IMG/VR virus record: IMGVR_UViG_3300025687_000001
Location: 1-64,000 of that record
Reading direction: 5' to 3' (one strand)
Length of the DNA: 64,000 nt
DNA from: a virus
The notes under the pieces: model-generated
The model's database searches: none
What the model saw: the letters and a program-made list of their open reading frames with translations, nothing else
Told to the model about the DNA's origin: nothing
In this document: in pieces, positions 9,583 through 19,002 of the stretch
Layout: every line of letters starts with the position of its first letter
Numbering within the stretch: position 1 is the stretch's first letter
Program-made: the position numbers and the translations under genes

Positions 9583-9833
9583 TACCGCTTCTCCGTTAAC
9601 GCTGCCGACGCTTCTAGGCCCTGTCGGACAATGGTCCACGACGCGTTCTTAAGGTAAATCTTTTTACCTAACTCACGCAGCGCTGCGTCCATGTCGAAAT
9701 CTGCTACGCCAGCCGTCTTAGCCATGAGCTCGTGGAGCTGCCCGGAGGAAGCTAGCTGGGCAGCCTGTCCCGTAACTTCCGGTAGCGCACCAGCGGTCTT
9801 GAGGTACTCGGTTAGGGTGTCGGTGTGCGTCAT
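9582..9833 (-). CDS. Small K-x-A virion protein
   Basis: LKTAG, AKTAG, LKNAS. Confidence 0.7.
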   Translation of the reverse strand: MTHTDTLTEYLKTAGALPEVTGQAAQLASSGQLHELMAKTAGVADFDMDAALRELGKKIYLKNASWTIVRQGLEASAALTEKR

Positions 9834-9837
9834 GTCC

Positions 9838-10488
9838 TTACTTCTTCTTCGAGAAGCGGCCAGTGACCGCAGTTTCAGCCTCAGCCAGACCCTTGATGCT
9901 CATGAAGTCCAGCCCACCCTCGTGCTGCACCGCTTCCCGCAGGAAAGACTTAGTGGCGTTGAGGTCGGTGGACAGGTTCGGGGCAAACCGAGCCATGGAG
10001 TGGTACGCCTCGAGCACGCGCTTCATCGGCGCTTGCTTGATGATATCGTCTTCCTTGCGGAGCTTAGATAGCACTGCCTGGCGAGCAGGGCTGTCTACCA
10101 GGGTGTTCTTGAGGCCCTTGACGGTGTCTTCCGCCAGGCCCCCGAGGATCCCCGCTGCGCTTTCGACAGCGAGACCCACGGCCTTCTCCGCGGCAACCTC
10201 GTCAGCCTTTACGCGCGTAAGCAGCCCGCCCAGGCCGTCGTTGAGGCCCCGGTTGATGCGGTAGCCATAGGTACTCATGATGGGCTTGCTGAGCTCATCC
10301 AAGTTGAGGATAGACCCGCCGATTATGCCGCCCGTCAGGATGTCCAACTTAGGCTGAATACCCTTGTCCAACACCGGAACTGCACGCCCGCCTCCACCGC
10401 TGTTGCCGCCACCTCCTGCGCTAGCGCCAAACAAACTTCCCAGAAAAGCCACCTTCTCCCGGTACGCTTCCGCGGTCTTACTTTCCAT
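9838..10488 (-). CDS. K-x-A virion protein
   Basis: MESKTAEAYREKVAFLG leader; IKQAP. Confidence 0.7.
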   Translation of the reverse strand: MESKTAEAYREKVAFLGSLFGASAGGGGNSGGGGRAVPVLDKGIQPKLDILTGGIIGGSILNLDELSKPIMSTYGYRINRGLNDGLGGLLTRVKADEVAAEKAVGLAVESAAGILGGLAEDTVKGLKNTLVDSPARQAVLSKLRKEDDIIKQAPMKRVLEAYHSMARFAPNLSTDLNATKSFLREAVQHEGGLDFMSIKGLAEAETAVTGRFSKKK

Positions 10489-11335
10489 AACGAGACTCCA
10501 TGAGCTCTAGGCCCGTCTGGGCGTGCAGCCCGCGTTCCCGGGAAACAATGAAGTGCCCTGCGGCAATGAGCGCCGGGGACTCGTCGTAGACGCGGTACTG
10601 CGCGGCTACCTTAACTGTGCCCTCGTCCGGCATCTGCGTGTACGTAGGGTAGCCCAGCTTCTCCCGCACAGCGTTGATGCAGTGCACAGCATCGGAGCCG
10701 TACGCCGCCAGGCTATCCTGCTCCCAGGTAGCCAGCTTTTCTCGGCTGTACATGCCTCGAAAGTCCTCAGCGATAGCCTGGCTTAAGTCGTCACAGAAGT
10801 AGAACGCCGACGCGATCTTGTCTCGAAGACCGTCCATGGTCCTAGCGATGCGTACTGCATTCCACTCTGCATTGCGTGCGCTGACTCGAGGCTCCCAGGC
10901 TGCGGTCTTACAAGAGCAGCTTTCGCAGCCACCCTCACAGTCGCAGCCCCCTTCTTCCATGCTCTCTTCCGCAGAGTTCTCATCGGCTACGTCATCGAAG
11001 AATAGTCCGTCGCCCTCATCCTCGGGAGGGGGGTTGGTGGGGTCGTCAGAAGCCTGCTTTACGGGGCGCACATCAACAGGACCACCGTAGTACTTATCAA
11101 GAGTAGACTGCGGGTCCGCGACCTCGAACTCGACCATACGGTCGTCACCTGCGGTCTTTCTGAACAGATCTAGGAAAGCTCCGGTGTTAGCCATCTCTAC
11201 GACGCGCTTAACCTGCTCCGGGTTGAGCTCCTCGCGCTTGGCTACCTTAACGATCCCGTCCTCGAGAGACGTGCCGTCGTCAATGAACATAGCCACAGCT
11301 TCTTTGGCTAGTTCCTCGTAATCCTGTCGCTTCAT
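10478..11335 (-). CDS. K-x-A head protein
   Basis: VKVAK, RKTAG, VKQAS, CKTAA, DKIAS, EKLAT, VKVAA; acidic/Cys linker. Confidence 0.7.
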   Translation of the reverse strand: MKRQDYEELAKEAVAMFIDDGTSLEDGIVKVAKREELNPEQVKRVVEMANTGAFLDLFRKTAGDDRMVEFEVADPQSTLDKYYGGPVDVRPVKQASDDPTNPPPEDEGDGLFFDDVADENSAEESMEEGGCDCEGGCESCSCKTAAWEPRVSARNAEWNAVRIARTMDGLRDKIASAFYFCDDLSQAIAEDFRGMYSREKLATWEQDSLAAYGSDAVHCINAVREKLGYPTYTQMPDEGTVKVAAQYRVYDESPALIAAGHFIVSRERGLHAQTGLELMESRYGK

Positions 11336-12090
11336 TGAGGGCTCACAGAGTGGATAGCGATGTCTGCTCCAAGTTTATTTCGGCTGGTGGTGATATCCAA
11401 GCCGGTGAGCTCGATTCGTAGCTCATCAATGGAGCGGATACGGTCATTGTTGTGTTCTAGCACAGCATCCGCGAGCCGGATAGTGTGCGGTAGCCATGCC
11501 CGCGCCTCTTGCGCTGCGGCATCGTTGAGTCGGCTGAAGATGTGCTCTCGGCTACGCCACATGGAATCAGCCAGCAGAGTCTTAAGCATCTCTGCTACGG
11601 AAAGGCTGTTGTTCTTACCAGTTACACGCCACTCGACGTATTCCCACCCCAGCTTTAGGGCCCAGTTCAACATATCCCTGTAGTACTGCTCGTCATCAGT
11701 GCCCGCAGGGAGGTGTTGTACGAACGAGTTCTTGAGCAGGCGGTTACGGAACACGTCTGTTTCAAAAAACAGAGCTCTGTAGGCTAGGACAGTATCTTCT
11801 TCCACCTCAGTGATAGAGAGGATCTCCCCTATGGGGGTGTTAGAGAATAGCAGCGCAGACAGCACAGTACGCGCGTACGGGATAGCGTTAAGGCACACTG
11901 CCTCGTAGACGCTGGCTACCACCTCTTCAGTACCATCAGACCGGATGAAGTCCACCAGATAGTTCTGATGTCTGTCCGGAAACGTAGGCGCGGACCCGTG
12001 GTCCGTTTGTAGCCACTTAGTGACTTCCCGGTACCGGTAGTCGGGGGCCCTGTAGTAGCCCTGCGGGATTACTGTCCGGACGTGGTCCAT
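11332..12090 (-). CDS. Hypothetical protein
   Basis: 252-aa ORF overlapping both neighbours. Confidence 0.7.
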   Translation of the reverse strand: MDHVRTVIPQGYYRAPDYRYREVTKWLQTDHGSAPTFPDRHQNYLVDFIRSDGTEEVVASVYEAVCLNAIPYARTVLSALLFSNTPIGEILSITEVEEDTVLAYRALFFETDVFRNRLLKNSFVQHLPAGTDDEQYYRDMLNWALKLGWEYVEWRVTGKNNSLSVAEMLKTLLADSMWRSREHIFSRLNDAAAQEARAWLPHTIRLADAVLEHNNDRIRSIDELRIELTGLDITTSRNKLGADIAIHSVSPQ

Positions 12091-14357
12091 GTCGCGCTGC
12101 CTAGACCCTCAACACTGGGTGCCTCTGCAGCTAGAGTATGCCTATCCAAACGGATAATCAAATCTCCAAGTCCGCGGAATACCTGCTTTAACTTCGCCTG
12201 GAGGGTAGAGAAGTCCTCCTCTCCAAGCTCTTCCATCAGGTCTCCCTGCTTCATGGCTACCGACAAAATGATGCGCCCCAGGGAGTCCAGAGACTTCTCC
12301 AGGTGAGGCAGGTACTGCGCTACTAGCTCTGTCATCTCAGCCGACTGGACTAGAGAAGCCACTGCGGCCGTGTCGAATACACCTGCGTCACGAAGGTCCG
12401 CTGCGGCCTCCATGAATTCCGGGTTGATGGGGGGCGCCTGCATCTGTCCGCCAGGAGCACCGCCCATCATGGAGGGGTCACCGCCCATCATGGAGGGGTC
12501 ACCGCCCATCATGGAGGGGTCACCGCCCATCATGGAGGGGTCACCGCCCATCATGGAGGGATCCATGGGAGGCATCCCGCCACCGCCGCCCATCATGGAG
12601 GGATCCATGGGAGGCATCCCGCCACCGCCGCCCATCATCATGGGGTTAGCCTGCTTGAACAGCCCCGGCAGGTTGGCTAGCCGTGCAGCAGGAACAACAT
12701 GAGCGGTCTTAGAGTACCCGGGGGAGATCTCTCTAAGGAAGTTGAGCGCTGCCTGAGCGTGAACTCCGTCAGCCGCTAACTTGTTGATAGCGCTGACGAT
12801 GTTGCCTACGCGCTGGCCCTCGATGCTCCAGTCTCCCTGGCCCGAGTTCTTGACTCGCACCTGGTGGCTAGCCTGCTTCACCAGGCCTGCGGAGATGAGG
12901 TCCACTAGGGTAGACACGTCTTGCACCAGAGTCACTGCGTTGATGCGGTTACGCAGCGCTACCGACTTGAAGTGCGCCGGGACAAAGACGGTGTTGCCCC
13001 CCGGAGGTGCGTGCAGCTTCTTTACCTTCAGTTTCTCACTGAGAACAACGCTACCTCGAGCGGGAAGCTTGTTCCGGCGCTCGGAATTGAGGTCGGAGCC
13101 CCAACCATCCTCGCTTTCCCACCAGTCAACAATCTCCGCGCGAGACTCTCCGTTGTCATTTTTAGTGACGCCCCGGGCCCGGAAAGGCTTAGTAGCCTGC
13201 CACATGCCCTGTGACACAGAGATTAGCGCCTGCTTACCATTGCGTAGCGTAGCAACAGTGTCTTTGTTGAGCGCAGTGGCTACAACGCCAACAGGCATGT
13301 CCTCTACAGTAGTAAGCGCAACTAGCCCGCCGGTGAGGGCGTAGTCCCCATTAGGGAAGAGTACTAGGAACCTATCGCCACGATCCCGCCACCTACTCCC
13401 ATAAGGGCTCCGAATCTTGATGGGACGCGCTCTCTCCGCGTCAACAAGGTCGTCCATGCACTCGGGGTTAATGAAGACCGCAGCAACGTGGATCTTCCCC
13501 TCGGAGTCGATGATCTTGTAGACGCCGCCTTCCGTGACCTCTTCGTAGGCTACCGGGTCGTCCATGTTGACAGGGATAGATGCAGTTTTACGCATGTCCC
13601 GGACGACGACGCCCTCCGAGCAGGCTGTTTGGTAGGCTACAGCAGCCCCCTTGCCAAAGGCAGCCCGGAAGTCTGTCGCAGGACTGTCTTGTGTGAGGAC
13701 CCACACCTGCTGCGCAGGCGCGGAAGCAACCTTCTCGGCGTGCGGACGTAGAGACTTAGTCAGCCGTTCCGCCCCGTGGTACTCCACTGCAGCGCGCAGG
13801 CAGCGCGGGCTCTCTTTGAGAAGATTTGCGAACGCTACCTTGACAGTGTTCGGTGCCTCTTCGAGGAAGTCGCACAGGTTCATCTGTGCGCTAGCGTAGC
13901 TAAACCGGCCACTAGACGGAGGCGTAGTTATTCCCCGCAGGTCCACCCCAGCGTTGGCGGAGTCCGGAGCTTCCGCAGGACCGCCTAGAGGGGTGTCCGT
14001 GTCTTTTTCTATTTCCTCGAGCCATGCCTTGTCCAGCGGTAGGAACGCGTCAGCATCCTTGTCGTACATGACCTCGGGCGGATCGACCTTATCCCCCGCT
14101 AGCACCACAGGTACGTAGATGAACTTCTGCCCCAAAGCTACGATGAACACACCGGTGGCCCGCGACTCATCAAGACTGGAGTCCAGAACCTTGAACGTCA
14201 CGATGGAGTCCAGAAGCCGGGGCATCTTGCTCTCTAGCATGGTGTACGCCAGCGTAGAGAACATCTGGTCAAAGACGCCCTGCTCAGGGGAGTCCGGAGG
14301 GCCCGCGGTCATGAACGCGTTAGTGCGCGGGGAGATAGCAGCAAGCTTAACGGTCAT
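12069..14357 (-). CDS. Large K-x-A virion protein with MMGGDPS repeats
   Basis: 762 aa; VKLAA, EKVAS, RKTAS, VKQAS, FKQAN. Confidence 0.75.
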   Translation of the reverse strand: MTVKLAAISPRTNAFMTAGPPDSPEQGVFDQMFSTLAYTMLESKMPRLLDSIVTFKVLDSSLDESRATGVFIVALGQKFIYVPVVLAGDKVDPPEVMYDKDADAFLPLDKAWLEEIEKDTDTPLGGPAEAPDSANAGVDLRGITTPPSSGRFSYASAQMNLCDFLEEAPNTVKVAFANLLKESPRCLRAAVEYHGAERLTKSLRPHAEKVASAPAQQVWVLTQDSPATDFRAAFGKGAAVAYQTACSEGVVVRDMRKTASIPVNMDDPVAYEEVTEGGVYKIIDSEGKIHVAAVFINPECMDDLVDAERARPIKIRSPYGSRWRDRGDRFLVLFPNGDYALTGGLVALTTVEDMPVGVVATALNKDTVATLRNGKQALISVSQGMWQATKPFRARGVTKNDNGESRAEIVDWWESEDGWGSDLNSERRNKLPARGSVVLSEKLKVKKLHAPPGGNTVFVPAHFKSVALRNRINAVTLVQDVSTLVDLISAGLVKQASHQVRVKNSGQGDWSIEGQRVGNIVSAINKLAADGVHAQAALNFLREISPGYSKTAHVVPAARLANLPGLFKQANPMMMGGGGGMPPMDPSMMGGGGGMPPMDPSMMGGDPSMMGGDPSMMGGDPSMMGGDPSMMGGAPGGQMQAPPINPEFMEAAADLRDAGVFDTAAVASLVQSAEMTELVAQYLPHLEKSLDSLGRIILSVAMKQGDLMEELGEEDFSTLQAKLKQVFRGLGDLIIRLDRHTLAAEAPSVEGLGSATWTTSGQ
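12458..12642. repeat. 21-bp and 39-bp coding repeats (MMGGDPS; MMGGGGGMPPMDPS)
   Basis: ccgcccatcatggagg units visible directly. Confidence 0.9.
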
Positions 14358-14959
14358 GTGTCGGTACCCTTAGTTGAGAGAATCTGGCCTAGGTAAACAG
14401 TAGGCGCGGCCAGGCCATGAATGTAGTGTTGTAGCAAAGATGGCAGTAGGCGCCCAGCAGACCTGAGTTTTTGGTCTGCACTGCCTACAGCATTAACGGT
14501 AGCTTTGGTCTCTTCATAGAGACTTGGTAGGGCTAGTGCTGCACTGACGCCTGCCAACGGCGCCAGGACTGCATTCCTAGTGTCCTTGTCCTGCACCATA
14601 GACCCGAGGGTCATGCTCACCGGTAACGCTGCAATGGAATTGATGAGGTTGGCTTTGTTGCTTAGAGCCAGCAAGCTCTTGTACGTAGGCGACGCTCTCC
14701 CAACGCTCCTGGCGTGGCCGGCTTCGTGAGCAAGCTCATCTCCAGAAGGCGCAGCTAAAGAGATAACGTCTAGCTCGGGGGAGTAATGAGACTCCCCCGT
14801 GCCTACTTGTACGTCCTTGAGTTCTGGGGCTCTGGATAGAATACGCTTAGCGCGGTCTCTGACCTCGTGGGCTTCTTCCGCGCTAGCGTTCGGGAAAAGG
14901 TCCTGGACCCCGCTGAGAGTTACGAGGTCCTGAAACCTAACTGTGTGACTCGCGGACAC
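14354..14959 (-). CDS. Second HExxH zinc metallopeptidase-like membrane protein
   Basis: LAHEAGHA...hydrophobic hairpin...LYEETKAT; same layout as 2036-3223. Confidence 0.6.
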   Translation of the reverse strand: MSASHTVRFQDLVTLSGVQDLFPNASAEEAHEVRDRAKRILSRAPELKDVQVGTGESHYSPELDVISLAAPSGDELAHEAGHARSVGRASPTYKSLLALSNKANLINSIAALPVSMTLGSMVQDKDTRNAVLAPLAGVSAALALPSLYEETKATVNAVGSADQKLRSAGRLLPSLLQHYIHGLAAPTVYLGQILSTKGTDT

Positions 14960-14970
14960 AAAGGGAAGCC

Positions 14971-16131
14971 TTAGCGGCCCAGACCCAGCTGGCGGAGGAT
15001 GTTGGTGGCCGCAGCGGCCTCCTTCTCCTCAACAGCAGCCTCGTCCTTCTTCTCTTCCTCCGCCTTCTCCTCCGCCATCTCCTCTTCCGCAGCGGCCTCT
15101 TCGGCGGCCTTGGTCAGGCGGCGGATGTACTGACCGCGCTCCTCGTTGGTCATGCCAATCATGGTGCGTAGCGCAGCTAGCTTGTTATGGTTGGAGAGGC
15201 CCTCGGGGAGAAAGTGACCTACCTCCGACGCGGTCTTGCGAAGCAGGTACTCAAACGCCCGGTCCGCAGCGACCTTGCCCTCGAGCTTGAGGTCCGTGGG
15301 AGCGCCCGGGTGCGACTGCTCCTGGCCCTGCTGCACCGAAGGCTCGCTGACCGGAGGACGCTCGTTGGCGTAGCCGTCCGGGCGCTTGCTGCCCTCCGCA
15401 TCACCCTCGGCGGTGTGATCCAGCTCCGAAACGTGCTGGCCGGCTTCGACGCCGCCGCCCGTAGCACCCTTGAGGTCCGACGGGTTCATCTCACCCATGG
15501 CGAGCTTACGCAGAATCGCTGCAGCCGTGGGCCCGTCAAGGTTCACGTTGGCGGAAGCCGACTTACCGTTACCGGAGTGGTCAAACACGTAGGTGCTGGT
15601 GGGAGCACCAGGGTGCATGGTCTGCTGGCCCTGCTGCGCAGCGGGGTGCATCTCCATAGCCGGACGCTGGTTGGCGTAGCTCTCCGGACGCTTCTGCGCC
15701 TCAACCGAGCCTTCCTGCGTAATGGCCGCAGCCTGCGACAGGTGGTTGCCCGGGTTGTCCATGCCACCGCCGGTAGCACCGATGTCCGACGCGCGCTTAG
15801 CATAAGCAACGGCCCGCTGCGCACGATTTAGAAGAGCAGCCTCCTTGGAGGCTTCCTCCTCCGCCAGCTCCAGGAGCTCTTCCTCGGGCGAGGGCTCTGC
15901 GTCACCGGTAGCCTCCGCCAGCTCCAGGAGCTTAGCAGCTACGTCGCCAGTGACCTCCTCAGGAACCTCTTCCTCCGCGACGGCGAGCTCCAGGGGAATT
16001 TCGTCGGCAGCCACCTCCGCAGCCAGGTCAGCCATGGCTTCGTTAGCGTACTTGCCAATAGCGCCAGCGCGGACTAGCGCGTTCTGGACGCCGCGAACGT
16101 AGGCGACCTTGAACAGCTTAGGTGTACTCAT
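14971..16131 (-). CDS. Acidic K-x-A scaffold/core-like protein with internal duplication
   Basis: Likely ATG 16131 (GGAG upstream); two GATGGG...KRP..YAN.RP...QQGQ...HPGAPT blocks. Confidence 0.7.
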   Translation of the reverse strand: MSTPKLFKVAYVRGVQNALVRAGAIGKYANEAMADLAAEVAADEIPLELAVAEEEVPEEVTGDVAAKLLELAEATGDAEPSPEEELLELAEEEASKEAALLNRAQRAVAYAKRASDIGATGGGMDNPGNHLSQAAAITQEGSVEAQKRPESYANQRPAMEMHPAAQQGQQTMHPGAPTSTYVFDHSGNGKSASANVNLDGPTAAAILRKLAMGEMNPSDLKGATGGGVEAGQHVSELDHTAEGDAEGSKRPDGYANERPPVSEPSVQQGQEQSHPGAPTDLKLEGKVAADRAFEYLLRKTASEVGHFLPEGLSNHNKLAALRTMIGMTNEERGQYIRRLTKAAEEAAAEEEMAEEKAEEEKKDEAAVEEKEAAAATNILRQLGLGR

Positions 16132-16203
16132 TAGTCCAACTCTCCGGTGGATATTAGTTCCGTTGCAATCATGGTTCATCCCTTTAGCAATTGCAACTGT
16201 GGT

Positions 16204-16896
16204 TCATACAAAAACGGGTGCCTGTTGCACCGCAGGAGAAGCGGGTTTGTAAACAGTCATGTCTCGGCCCCATTGGTTTCCGACTCCCAACTCCGGAGCT
16301 AACTCGCCGGGGGCCAGTTGCACTTCTTTCTTGGGAAACAGGCGCCCCACACTACCTCCTAGGTAACCTCCAGCTAGAGACCCCGCAATCCCAAACGGCC
16401 CGCCCAACGCGTACCCCGCTATCTCCCCCAGGCCGCCTGCCGCGCCCGCTGCGTCACCAGTGGCAGCTGAGTGCGCAGCTAACCCGATAGGAAGCGCGGC
16501 GCCCAGAGTTAGGTTACCCGCACCCATAGCTCCGGAACCGGCAGCCCCGAGAAGCCCTTTAGTACGGTCCCAGCCCCCCAGGTCCTTGTTTCTAAATTTA
16601 GCCCAGTTCTCCTTCATCCCGGGGCTAAACGCGAAGTCCCCTCGGATGATGCCACCTTTGCCTAGGATGCCGCCCTGGTCATACCGAGCCTTCAGGATCT
16701 TATGAGGGCTCTTGTCGCCTAAAAAGATGCCGCCAAGGAAGCCTCTCTGCAGGTCCGGGTTAATCCACCCAGACTCATTTACGTACTTCCGTGCTTCGCG
16801 GAGTTGTCTGCCTTTCAGGGCTTTGCCAAAGAGAACCTCTTTGACTCCAGCTTCTTTGACTAAAACGTCAGCAGCGATAGTAGCCGGAGTCTTCAT
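16204..16896 (-). CDS. Gly-rich hydrophobic virion protein (candidate ejection protein)
   Basis: VKEAG leader; Gly-zipper C-terminus. Confidence 0.6.
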   Translation of the reverse strand: MKTPATIAADVLVKEAGVKEVLFGKALKGRQLREARKYVNESGWINPDLQRGFLGGIFLGDKSPHKILKARYDQGGILGKGGIIRGDFAFSPGMKENWAKFRNKDLGGWDRTKGLLGAAGSGAMGAGNLTLGAALPIGLAAHSAATGDAAGAAGGLGEIAGYALGGPFGIAGSLAGGYLGGSVGRLFPKKEVQLAPGELAPELGVGNQWGRDMTVYKPASPAVQQAPVFV

Positions 16897-18677
16897 CAGT
16901 ACTCACCGCGAGGGCCTTTGCCTAGCTCTTTACCGAATACTATAGCGGTGTACGGGGTGTTGCTATGGAGGTCGGAACTTTCTCCGTACTGCGCGGCCTG
17001 CAGGAAGTTAGCTTTCTGGTACCTGTGGGCCATCCGCTCCATCCAGTTAGGGTTGAGCAGCGGTACTCGCGAGGCCGACTTCATGACGGCGACTAACTCA
17101 GGCGGCTTATCGTTTACCGAGACAGACTTGATCCCTGCACTCGACAGATCTTTGGCGACACTGTCTGTGACGGTAGTGCCTGCGGTGTAGTGCAGAGCAC
17201 TCTCTGCAAGCACGCGCCCTTTAGCTCCAGCTAGAGAACTCTGCGTAGCGTTATTAGCGTACGCAGCTCTAGCAACGTTGTAGGGGACTATATCCCCCGG
17301 CAGGTAGTCGCCCACCGGGCTACGCACTTCCACGGAGTTAAGGTGTGCTTTTGCCATCACCTCAAAGTGGCGCGGGTCCACGGTCTGTCCAGCGTCGCTG
17401 TAGACCTTTTTGAAAGCGTCAACAACGTACTTGCGGCCGGCACCCAGCCCTTTGTGCTGCACAACCTCGTGTGGCGCAGGGATGCCATCCGTTAGCACGT
17501 CTCCTGCCTCGAGCTTGTCCCCGCTCTTCACGTTTAGCTTGCGGCTAGGAGGAACGTAGTGCTTGGTGTTGCCTACGTGTACGTTGAACCCGCCTTGCGC
17601 GGCTTCCTGAACGTTGGTTACTTTACCCGCCTGTTGCGCAAGGATGGCCTTGCCCGAAAAGCTAGACGGGATTTCTAAGAACTGACGCACGGCAGCGACG
17701 CCTCCGGGGATATCGCTGCTCGCGTCCTCAGTGAGGGACACTCCGTGCTTGGAACTCAGGGCCATCTGAGTTAGCGGCTCCGCCATGACCTGCGCTGCGC
17801 GGACGCCTACGTTGTCGCCAATGTTATAGTCCGCGCCAGTGGTGGTCTTCCCTTGACATCTCTGGCAGACCCCCTTCGGGGCCTCGCAGGTCATAGGAGA
17901 ACGTACGCGCGTAGTTCCGGATGTCTTAGCTAAGGACCGCTGTTCGCGCACATCAATGGGGGAGTTACTACCCACTTTGAACCGCCCAATCAAAGATGGG
18001 TCGTCATTAGGAAGGCTGATACCGTTGCGCGTCTTGCAGTCGTCCAGGCTCACCACCTCCCCGGACATCATCATAGCCATCAGGTTGCCGAGCTCCCCTG
18101 GGTCGGCTGTGCCCAACTGGCCTTTGATGACCTGCCCACGACTCTCGTCCCCGGTGAGCCATGCTTCTGCGGGGGACAGCCCCTCCGCGTAGGAACGCTG
18201 GATGAAGTACGGGACCGGTTTCCCAGAAAAGTCGCCCACCACGGCCTGACCGGTAGTGGTCTTCATTAACTGCGCCGTAGACCCGCGACCCCCAGAGCTG
18301 GCCATCAGCCCCATGTCCCCGGGGTGCTTCTTAGTAATGTCTAGGAATTTGTCCTGCGCCTCTAGCAAAAGCTTAGTAGCAGCCTTGGGGTCAGTGGTGC
18401 GCTTTAGACGAGAGTTGATGTCTTTGACGACCTGGTCCCGCTCTTTGTACATGGGGGCGATGTCATCAAGCCCTACAGAGATCCCCTCATACGTAGCGAA
18501 CTGGTCCCCGATCTCTTTGATCTTAGCTATAGAGCCCGCGTAACCCGTAGGGTTGCTACGCGCGTAATCCAGTACAGCGTTCTTAAGTACCTTCTTGGAA
18601 ATAGTACCGTTGATGCGGTACTCCTCTGGCAGCTGTGCGTTTACCAGCGCACTGCCAAGGGTGCCTGTGATGGCCAT
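16896..18677 (-). CDS. Phage multisubunit RNA polymerase, beta' C-terminal subunit
   Basis: GISVGLDD, SGGRGSTAQL, EGLSPAE (bridge-helix region), DDCKT and VRSPMTC...VCQRC (Zn site), GVRAAQVMAEPLTQM (trigger loop), RHFEVM. Confidence 0.92.
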   Translation of the reverse strand: MAITGTLGSALVNAQLPEEYRINGTISKKVLKNAVLDYARSNPTGYAGSIAKIKEIGDQFATYEGISVGLDDIAPMYKERDQVVKDINSRLKRTTDPKAATKLLLEAQDKFLDITKKHPGDMGLMASSGGRGSTAQLMKTTTGQAVVGDFSGKPVPYFIQRSYAEGLSPAEAWLTGDESRGQVIKGQLGTADPGELGNLMAMMMSGEVVSLDDCKTRNGISLPNDDPSLIGRFKVGSNSPIDVREQRSLAKTSGTTRVRSPMTCEAPKGVCQRCQGKTTTGADYNIGDNVGVRAAQVMAEPLTQMALSSKHGVSLTEDASSDIPGGVAAVRQFLEIPSSFSGKAILAQQAGKVTNVQEAAQGGFNVHVGNTKHYVPPSRKLNVKSGDKLEAGDVLTDGIPAPHEVVQHKGLGAGRKYVVDAFKKVYSDAGQTVDPRHFEVMAKAHLNSVEVRSPVGDYLPGDIVPYNVARAAYANNATQSSLAGAKGRVLAESALHYTAGTTVTDSVAKDLSSAGIKSVSVNDKPPELVAVMKSASRVPLLNPNWMERMAHRYQKANFLQAAQYGESSDLHSNTPYTAIVFGKELGKGPRGEY

Positions 18678-19001
18678 TTACCGCCTCTCACGATTCATAA
18701 ACGCGTTAGCACCCTGCCACCCGCCTACCCCGCCGAGCAAGCCTAGGAGAGTTTTACTCACCGTGCTCTGCCCCAAACCACCTAGGAGCCTAGCCCCCGC
18801 TACAGCGGAGGCGCCTTGAGCAGCGCCCTGCCCTTTAGTAGCAGGGGTAGCCAGCAAGGACCCAGGGACACCCCCTGTCATGGTCGTAATGCCGCCCGCC
18901 AGGCCACCAGCCAGCAGCGAAGGCAGCAAATCAATGCCAGCGTGCTTTTGCAGGTCTTCTCGAGCCATAGCAGCCCCGATAGCGTAGGCTCTATCAAGCA
19001 T
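18678..19001 (-). CDS. Gly-zipper protein with AYxxG leader
   Basis: MLDRAYAIGAAMAREDLQKHAG followed by hydrophobic Gly-rich segments. Confidence 0.65.
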   Translation of the reverse strand: MLDRAYAIGAAMAREDLQKHAGIDLLPSLLAGGLAGGITTMTGGVPGSLLATPATKGQGAAQGASAVAGARLLGGLGQSTVSKTLLGLLGGVGGWQGANAFMNRERR

Positions 19002-19002
19002 T

